Shown: piece after piece, positions 57,926-64,000 of the stretch
Position numbering within the stretch: the first letter of the stretch is position 1
Layout: each line of letters opens with the position of its first letter
Origin: Dehalococcoidia bacterium
Lineage (GTDB): Bacteria > Chloroflexota > Dehalococcoidia > Lucifugimonadales > UBA3495
Reading direction: 5' to 3'
Length of the DNA: 64,000 nucleotides
Assembly: GCA_965203975.1 (NCBI GenBank)
Contig: CBDBDT010000001.1
Coordinates: 712,029 to 776,028, forward strand
Position numbers and translations under genes: made by a program
Notes under the pieces: generated by a model
What the model was told of the DNA's origin: nothing
Database searches by the model: none
Seen by the model: the letters and a program-made list of their open reading frames with translations, nothing else

Positions 57926-59620
57926 CTAACCGCCCTGCGGAGCCTGCACCTCAGCCAGCCGCGCCGGCCGCGGCATCTCATCCGGGTCCGTCGGAATCTC
58001 GATGATGCTCGGTCCGTCGCAGTTCAGCGCCTCCGTCAACGCGTCCGCGATATCCTCCGCCCGGTCCACGTAGAACCCGGTCCCGCCGAACAGCTCCGCG
58101 TACTTGTCGTAACGCGGATTGACCGTGTCCGCCCCGACGTACCGTTCATTGAATGCATACCTTTGGTACGCCTTCTCCGACCCCCAGCAGTTGTTATTCA
58201 TTACCACGGACACCAGCTTCAGCCCATACCGCACCGCCGTCTCAAACTCCTGAGCGTTGAACAGGAACCCCCCGTCCCCGTTGAAGTTGATTACCGGCCG
58301 GTCCGGCGCGGCGAACTTCGCGCCAATGGACGCGGGAAAGCTGAACCCCAATCCTCCCAGGTCCAGGGGAACCAGCAAGCTGCGCGGTTGGTAGAAATTC
58401 AGCCGGTCCTGCCCGAAGTTCGGCGCCAGCCCCGCGTCCAGAGCGACGATGGAGTCCCGGGGCATCGCCTTCCGCAGCTCCGCGTAGACCCGCTGCGGCT
58501 TGATCGGAGTTTCCGTCAGCCGCTCTTCCGCCTGCAGCCGCTGCTCCCGCCGCGCAAACCAGTCCTTGATATCCGACACCCACGCCTCGTTGGGACGCGG
58601 CTCTGCCTCCCGCACCTTCTCGATTAGGTCTTCCAGCACCGCCTTGGCATCGCCCTCGACCCCCACCTCCACCGGATAGTTACGCCCTATTTCGTTGGCG
58701 TCAATCTCGATCTGAACGATCCGCGCATCCGCCGGAACGAACCGGTTGTCGAAGAATGTCGTCGACTGACCCAGCCGCGTCCCCGCCGCCAGGATCACGT
58801 CCGCGTTTCTGATTGCCTCAATAGCCTCATCCGACCCCAGCCTGCCCAGGTGCCCCAGGTGATAAGGATGGTCGTTTGGCACCGCGTCTGCCCGCCCGTA
58901 GGAGGTGACTATCGCCGCCCCTAGCAGTTCGGCTAGCCGCGTGACCTCCTCCGAGGCCATGCTCCACTCGATGCCACCCCCCGCCAGGATCACCGGCCGC
59001 TGCGCCGACAGCAACGTCGAAGCCGCCCGGTCGATCAGGTTCCTGTCCCCCCGCGCCCGTGTCTGCCCCGTCCGGTAAGCGTTGGGCGGAAGCAGGTCCA
59101 CGTCTATCTCCGCCCCCGGTAGCAGGTCTCTCGGAATATCCAGCAGCACCGGCCCCATCTTCCCCGACGTCGCCACCCGGAACGCCTGCCTCAATGCGTC
59201 CGGCAGCCGCTCGATCTTGTTGATCGGAAAGCTGGCCTTGGTAATCGGCCGGAACAGCGACACTTGGTCAAACTCCTGCGTCGAGTCCCGGTACTGGTGC
59301 TCCCGCGACGCTGAAGGCGCCAGCACCACCACCGGGGAGTGCGACACGTAGGCCGACGCGATCCCGTATGTCAGGTTCAGGACGCCGGGCCCATTCGTTG
59401 CCAGGCACACCGAAGGCGCTCCGGAAATCCGGCTGAACCCGTCCGCCATCAGCGCCGCACCCTGCTCGTGCCGCACCCCCACGAACTCCATGTCGTGCCG
59501 ATCGTAGATCGGGTCCAGGATATCCAGGAACGACGACCCCACAATGCCGAAAATCTTCGACACACCTTCCTGCCGCAACAGTTCAATAACGGCTTCCCCA
59601 GCATTCATCCGTTGGGACAC
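57926..59620 (-). CDS. thiamine pyrophosphate-dependent enzyme (acetolactate synthase large-subunit-like)
   Basis: GVSKIFGIVGSSFLDILD, VRHEQGAALMADGFSR, GDGGFLFNAQEFETAVRYGLKLVSVVMNN. Confidence 0.88.
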   Translation of the reverse strand: MSQRMNAGEAVIELLRQEGVSKIFGIVGSSFLDILDPIYDRHDMEFVGVRHEQGAALMADGFSRISGAPSVCLATNGPGVLNLTYGIASAYVSHSPVVVLAPSASREHQYRDSTQEFDQVSLFRPITKASFPINKIERLPDALRQAFRVATSGKMGPVLLDIPRDLLPGAEIDVDLLPPNAYRTGQTRARGDRNLIDRAASTLLSAQRPVILAGGGIEWSMASEEVTRLAELLGAAIVTSYGRADAVPNDHPYHLGHLGRLGSDEAIEAIRNADVILAAGTRLGQSTTFFDNRFVPADARIVQIEIDANEIGRNYPVEVGVEGDAKAVLEDLIEKVREAEPRPNEAWVSDIKDWFARREQRLQAEERLTETPIKPQRVYAELRKAMPRDSIVALDAGLAPNFGQDRLNFYQPRSLLVPLDLGGLGFSFPASIGAKFAAPDRPVINFNGDGGFLFNAQEFETAVRYGLKLVSVVMNNNCWGSEKAYQRYAFNERYVGADTVNPRYDKYAELFGGTGFYVDRAEDIADALTEALNCDGPSIIEIPTDPDEMPRPARLAEVQAPQGG

Positions 59621-59855
59621 GGTTATTACCTCCCGGTCTTTTCCCTAGTCTCCGGAACGAGCCGTTAACCATCACTCGGACCTTGGCGACATTCGGCAGT
59701 GTATCACAACAACCTCTTCCCGGTGCCCGCTTGCGCTATGAAGGTCCGTTCACAAACTCCTGCCCTTACAATCAACCGCACCGTAGCTCCCTTTCCTCAC
59801 TCCACGACATCGCCCTTTTCTTGCGTTACAATTACCCTAGGGACTCACCCAGGCC

Positions 59856-60632
59856 ATGACCACCATCAACGACATATCCGACCTCGTCCGGATCCTCCAG
59901 GACCACCCCGAATGGAAAAACACCATCCGGGGGCTCATCATTGGCGAAGAGCTCGCCCAGCTCCCCGAGCGCGTCACCCGTTTGGAGCAAACTCTCGCCG
60001 ACTTCATCGAAGCCACCAACCGTAACTTCGAACTCGTCCACGCCCGCCTCGACTCTATGGACGCCCGCATGGACCGGATGGACGCCCGCCTCGACTCCAT
60101 GGACCGCCGTATGGACTCCATGGACGCCCGCATGGACCGGATGGACGAGAGATTCGACGCAATAGACACCCGGTTCGACCGCATCGAAGGACGGCTCGAC
60201 AACGGGTTCGGAATGAATTACGAGCTCAAGGTCGGCAAGAATATCCTAAGCATTGCCGGCCAGCACCTCGGTATCCGGCGCGCCCGCGTCCTCCGCGGCG
60301 CCATCAACGGGTTCACCCCCGACATACAGGAACTCATCGAAGATGCCCTCGATGACCGCACCATCACCCCCGAGCAGGCCGACGAACTCTTGCAGGTGGA
60401 CCTGATCCTCGCAGGCCGTCACCAGGATACCGGGGCGGAGACCTACATGGCCGCGGAACTGTCCATTACCATCGGAAGCGACGACATTACCCGCGCCGCT
60501 GATCGGGCCGCCCTGCTGCAGTCCGTGGTTCGGCTCCCCGTCCTCCCCGTTGTCGTCGGCGCCCGCATCGACGACGCTAGGGCCGCTATGGCTTCTGACT
60601 TGGGAGTGTCCGTCGCCATTTCCCCCGAGTAG
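59856..60632 (+). CDS. coiled-coil protein with MDxRxDx heptad array and a conserved C-terminal domain (possibly a degenerate restriction-endonuclease-like fold)
   Basis: The N-terminus (ILQDHPEWKNTIRGLIIGEEL) is followed by about 7 heptads (LDSMDAR MDRMDAR LDSMDRR MDSMDAR MDRMDER FDAIDTR FDRIEGR). The C-terminus reads VDLILAG...YMAAELSITIGSDDITRAADRAALLQ...PVVVG. Confidence 0.65.
   Translation: MTTINDISDLVRILQDHPEWKNTIRGLIIGEELAQLPERVTRLEQTLADFIEATNRNFELVHARLDSMDARMDRMDARLDSMDRRMDSMDARMDRMDERFDAIDTRFDRIEGRLDNGFGMNYELKVGKNILSIAGQHLGIRRARVLRGAINGFTPDIQELIEDALDDRTITPEQADELLQVDLILAGRHQDTGAETYMAAELSITIGSDDITRAADRAALLQSVVRLPVLPVVVGARIDDARAAMASDLGVSVAISPE
60048..60200 (+). repeat. 21-bp tandem coding repeat (~7 units)
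   Basis: atggacgcccgcatggaccggatggacg recurs at about 60057 and 60121. Encodes the heptad array. Confidence 0.8.
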
Positions 60633-60697
60633 TCCCGGCCGGGACTCGCCGGGACAAACTCCACCCAGTGGCCCGCCGCCCCTCCTGACAACCCCGA

Positions 60698-60726
60698 TTG
60701 ACAACCCGCATCGCCAAACCTATCGT
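60698..60726 (+). promoter_or_regulatory. sigma-70-like promoter candidate for the VOC gene
   Basis: TTGACA - 17 nt - TATCGT, 34 nt upstream of ATG 60760. Confidence 0.4.
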
Positions 60727-60759
60727 GTAGTCTCAAACTACCGACCGGAGGTAACTCTG

Positions 60760-61263
60760 ATGCCCATCAACCTCGAAAGAATCGGCCACTGCGCCGTTCG
60801 CGTCCGGGACATCGAACGCTCCAAGAACTTCTACATCAACGTGCTCGGCCTCCAGTTCATGGAGCAAGACCCCGACCACGGCGGAGTCTTCATGAGCCTC
60901 CCCGGCGACGGCCACACCATCGACGTTTCCCCCGTCCAGGACCCCGACACTGCCGCCGGTCCCGTCCAGGCCAACAACGCCGTCGGAGTCGTCCACATCG
61001 CCTTCAAGGTCGGCAGCTACCATGCCCTTAAGGACGCCTACGACACCCTCATCGAGAACGGCGTCGAGGTCAACCGCATGATGGACCACGTCAGCCAGCG
61101 CAGCATTTACTTCACTGACCCCGACGGCAACGGACTTGAAATCTACTTCGAGTACCCCACCGCCCGCGAGCTTTTCCTCCAGGGCCGCGGCGACGAAGAC
61201 CTGGCCTTCACCTTCGACGACCCCCTCCCCGAATGGGCCGGCGTCAGCGACTCGTCGGATTAA
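60760..61263 (+). CDS. VOC (glyoxalase/bleomycin-resistance/extradiol dioxygenase) family protein
   Basis: ATG 60760 follows GGAGGT. LERIGHCAVRVRDIERSKNFYINVLGL, HIAFKV, YFTDPDGNGLEIY. Confidence 0.8.
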   Translation: MPINLERIGHCAVRVRDIERSKNFYINVLGLQFMEQDPDHGGVFMSLPGDGHTIDVSPVQDPDTAAGPVQANNAVGVVHIAFKVGSYHALKDAYDTLIENGVEVNRMMDHVSQRSIYFTDPDGNGLEIYFEYPTARELFLQGRGDEDLAFTFDDPLPEWAGVSDSSD

Positions 61264-61445
61264 GAAACTGTCTCAAAAGTCTCTTCCCCCATCAAGGGGG
61301 AAGAGGCTGCCCCCGCGTAGGAACGTCACCCCCGCGTAGGCGGGGGAGGGGGTTAGGATGGGGGTGACAAGTAACCCAATAGCATCCTTGCGCGCGCCAT
61401 GATCTTCACAGCCGGTTTTGAGATAGTTCCTAAATCCCGTGTAAT
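61260..61445. mobile_element. MITE-like repeat, family 1, copy 2 (~185 bp, with ~50-bp internal insertion)
   Basis: Same ends and core as 19833..19958. Extra internal segment with a cccccgcgtagg duplication. The left end overlaps the TAA stop of the VOC gene. Confidence 0.5.
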
Positions 61446-61456
61446 CATATCGAACT

Positions 61457-62104
61457 ATGACCCAACAACCCTTCCCCCAATCCAGTCCGATGATGTCCTT
61501 CCCCGAGGCCGTCAAGATTTGCCTTCGCAAGTACGCCGTCTTCAGCGGCCGCGCCACCCGGGCCGAATACTGGTGGTGGGTCCTTGCCGTCGTCATCGGT
61601 TCCTTCGTCTTCTCCTTCGTGGACGGATTGATCGGCTCCCTCCTCCTGGAGGGCGAGGACGGAATCGCCTTCAGCTTCTTCCAGGTCATCTTCACTCTCG
61701 CCACCCTCCTCCCCGGTCTCGCCGTCACCGCCCGCCGCCTCCACGACATCGGCAAGACCGGATGGTGGGTCCTCGTCTGGTACGGAATCCTCTTCCTAGG
61801 CTGGATCCCCTTCGCCGTCGGACTTGGCATCGTCTTCTTCGCCGTCCTGAGCGCCGCCGTCGGAGAATTTAATCTGGAAGGACTTTTCGAAGGCAACTTC
61901 GGTGTCGGCGAAGACGCGGGTCTCATACTGTTCGGACTATTCACCCTGTTGGCGGGGATTTTGTTCGCTCTCGCCGTCACCCTCGGAGTCCTCATCTGGT
62001 CCATCATCTGGCTTGTCCGACAGGGCCAACCCGGCCCCAACCCCTACGGCCCCGACCCCCGCGCCCCCGTGCCACCTCCCGTTGACACATCCTTCGATAT
62101 TTGA
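61457..62104 (+). CDS. DUF805-family inner-membrane protein
   Basis: FSGRATRAEYWWWVL, RRLHDIGKTGWWVL, several TM segments, and a Pro-rich C-terminal tail. Confidence 0.75.
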   Translation: MTQQPFPQSSPMMSFPEAVKICLRKYAVFSGRATRAEYWWWVLAVVIGSFVFSFVDGLIGSLLLEGEDGIAFSFFQVIFTLATLLPGLAVTARRLHDIGKTGWWVLVWYGILFLGWIPFAVGLGIVFFAVLSAAVGEFNLEGLFEGNFGVGEDAGLILFGLFTLLAGILFALAVTLGVLIWSIIWLVRQGQPGPNPYGPDPRAPVPPPVDTSFDI

Positions 62105-62164
62105 TACCGACAGTACACAGGCAGAACGAGGCGGACGGCCACGCCTCCGCAATAGGAGGACACA

Positions 62165-62434
62165 ATGGTTCAATTAGTCCCGGTCAGCGTCAGGAACAGC
62201 GATACCGGAAAGATATGGCACGCAAGGGCGCTAACCTACAGTATCTCGGGACGGGGTGATACCCCCAAAGAAGCCCTTAGTGACCTGAAAAGCAAAGTCA
62301 GAAGCGCTCTCGGCGGCGATCCGGTTGAATTGCTCGTGCGGTCCGTAAACGTGACCTTCCCCATGTCCTTGACGGAAGAAGACTTCCATCAATGGGTGGA
62401 TCGGGCCGAGGCAGCGAGCAATGCCATCCGATGA
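62165..62434 (+). CDS. small hypothetical protein (weak HicB/UPF0150-like impression)
   Basis: Strong AGGAGG RBS, 89 aa, in a local low-GC patch (~50%). GRGDTPKEALSDLKSKVRSAL. Confidence 0.5.
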   Translation: MVQLVPVSVRNSDTGKIWHARALTYSISGRGDTPKEALSDLKSKVRSALGGDPVELLVRSVNVTFPMSLTEEDFHQWVDRAEAASNAIR

Positions 62435-62639
62435 TGCAAGAATTAATCGCTTGGATGCGGAAGTCGAGGAGTTGCGGCGCAGAGTCGAAGATCTCGAATG
62501 GCGAGTGGACGACACAGTAACAGGGAGGGAATTCGAAAAAGCCAAAAGCGATATAGCTTGGAAGCTCGTTGGACTAATCATCGGAGTTCTTGCGCTAGTC
62601 GGCGCTGCCGTCGGCATCACGATTGCCGCTTTGGCGTAG
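62421..62639 (+). CDS. small coiled-coil protein with a C-terminal transmembrane anchor
   Basis: Overlaps the previous gene by 14 nt. RLDAEVEELRRRVEDLEWRV, then LVGLIIGVLALVGAAVGITIAALA. Confidence 0.45.
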   Translation: MPSDDARINRLDAEVEELRRRVEDLEWRVDDTVTGREFEKAKSDIAWKLVGLIIGVLALVGAAVGITIAALA

Positions 62640-62904
62640 CTCTATCTCGCCTGCCTGTCATCCTTGCACATCCCTGAAACCCTTGGAACCCATTCCCACC
62701 CTGGCTGACCATCTCCGCTCTTACTACAAATGGTGGGAATTCCTCATGGAGTTAGGTCCATAGTTACCACTCCTCCCGCTCAATGACCGCCCAAAACGGG
62801 TAGTCATACCCCCGTTGACAACCCCCCAAAATCCCCTATAATATCCCCGTCTCGAATTGGTCAGACCACTTACCCCAGCATACGGGAACCCGCTAACGCC
62901 GACG

Positions 62905-63669
62905 ATGCCAACCGAACCCCTCCAGAGCATCAAGCGCCGCCGCTTGCACGAGGAAATCGTGCAGCAGTTCCACACCCTCATCCGGCAGGGAAGACTCAAG
63001 CACGGCGACCGCCTCCCCTCCGAGCGCAGCCTCGCCGAGCAGTTCGGCGTCAGCCGCAGCTCCGTCCGCGAGGCCATCCGCTCCTTGGAGCTTCAGGGAC
63101 TCGTTCAGAGCAAGCGCGGCTCCGGCACCTTCATCGACACCGCCAACGTCGAGGGCAACCTCGATTCCGTCATGGCCTTCATCACCGCCACCCTTTCCAC
63201 CGGCGGCGCGGACCTCACCGACGTCTTCGAGATGCGCCACGTCCTCGAACCCCCTATCGCCGCCCTCGCCGCCCGTCGCGCCACCCCCGAGGACGTGCAG
63301 CGTCTCCGCGGCATCCTTTTCGAGCAGCGCGCCCGAATCGACGCCGGCGGGACCGGAGTCGAGTCCGACACCGCCTTCCATTTCGCCCTTGCCTCGGCCA
63401 CTCACAACACCGCCCTCATCAAGGTGGTCAGCGCCGTCGAGGACATCCTGCAGCTCTCCCGGGACCGTTCCCTCCAGGAACCGGGACGCCCCCTGCGCTC
63501 CCTCGAGTCCCACTGGGAAATCCTGCAGACCATCGAAGCGGGCGACTCCGCCCGCGCCCAGCAGGCCATGGAGCATCACCTCACCGCCGTCGAACCCGGC
63601 ACCCACGGACACCATCACGGAGGGGATGAGTCCGTCAAGCCCGTAGCCGCCGGTGAGGTCTGGTCCTGA
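62905..63669 (+). CDS. GntR-family transcriptional regulator (FadR/FCD subfamily)
   Basis: ATG 62905. LPSERSLAEQFGVSRSSVREAIRSLELQGLVQSKRGSGTFI, and an FCD domain with FHFALASATHN. Confidence 0.85.
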   Translation: MPTEPLQSIKRRRLHEEIVQQFHTLIRQGRLKHGDRLPSERSLAEQFGVSRSSVREAIRSLELQGLVQSKRGSGTFIDTANVEGNLDSVMAFITATLSTGGADLTDVFEMRHVLEPPIAALAARRATPEDVQRLRGILFEQRARIDAGGTGVESDTAFHFALASATHNTALIKVVSAVEDILQLSRDRSLQEPGRPLRSLESHWEILQTIEAGDSARAQQAMEHHLTAVEPGTHGHHHGGDESVKPVAAGEVWS

Positions 63670-63730
63670 GGACCCCGACCCATCAGCGTACCCAACCCAT
63701 TCGCCCAACATATTCGGAGGAGGAACCATT

Positions 63731-64000
63731 ATGAGCACAGTAGCTGTGGAGGTCGTGTACCGGGGGATATTCCAGAAATCCCTCGCCCGGAACATCGTCC
63801 GATCCATAGTCTTCGCCGCCCGCAAGGAAGGCAAGATCGGCACCGCTTTCGGCCGCTACGGCGACTCTCCCGAGCGCAACGGCATCCCGGCCAAGCAGTT
63901 CGCTATCGTCGCCGACACCGCCGAGGAACTTGAGGAAAACCTCGCCGTCTACGAGGCCCACGATGTGGACGTGACCATCAACGTCGACGACACCATGTGC
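63731..64000 (+). CDS. partial (5' end) 2-oxoacid:ferredoxin oxidoreductase gamma-subunit-like protein
   Basis: My own translation from ATG 63731 (GGAGGAGG RBS): MSTVAVEVVYRGIFQKSLARNIVRSIVFAARKEGKIGTAFGRYGDSPERNGIPAKQFAIVAD... It is open to the window end and is not in the track because no stop is reached. Confidence 0.5.
   Translation, partial: MSTVAVEVVYRGIFQKSLARNIVRSIVFAARKEGKIGTAFGRYGDSPERNGIPAKQFAIVADTAEELEENLAVYEAHDVDVTINVDDTMC

Overview
Gene-dense, high-GC (roughly 60-65% by eye) bacterial chromosomal window with about 55 supportable protein genes on both strands. I recognised no rRNA, tRNA, CRISPR array or autonomous transposase. Housekeeping anchors are puuE-like, pepN-metH-fhs (co-directional), leuCD, groES-groEL, hisZ-hisG-X-hisD-hisC-hisB, meaB and cysS. 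These sit among many paralogous catabolic enzymes: four crotonases, an acyl-CoA synthetase, family-I CoA-transferases, an LLM flavin oxidoreductase, two TPP enzymes, two DSD1-type PLP enzymes, a BKACE enzyme and a Mo-hydroxylase large subunit. This profile resembles marine Chloroflexota (SAR202-like), but that is inference only. Most interesting observations: (1) an in-frame TGA at 2843 joins two ORFs into one U-G-S-C motif selenoprotein with a SECIS-like hairpin; it is co-transcribed with a conserved unknown protein and lies downstream of a phased AAATGRCAC repeat array. (2) A ~1.5 kb low-GC islet (25.7-27.1 kb) between two crotonase paralogs carries a PHP phosphoesterase plus an atypical SPPK methyltransferase, a speculative R-M-like or defence module. 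(3) A full-length CysRS is fused to a C-terminal GT2 glycosyltransferase domain. (4) A Zn-hydrolase-like gene is translationally coupled inside the his operon, making it a candidate for the missing histidinol-phosphatase. (5) Several families of small palindromic or MITE-like repeats occur, one flanked by a CTTAA duplication at a gene's stop codon. Long antisense ORFs in the track are treated as GC-driven artefacts.
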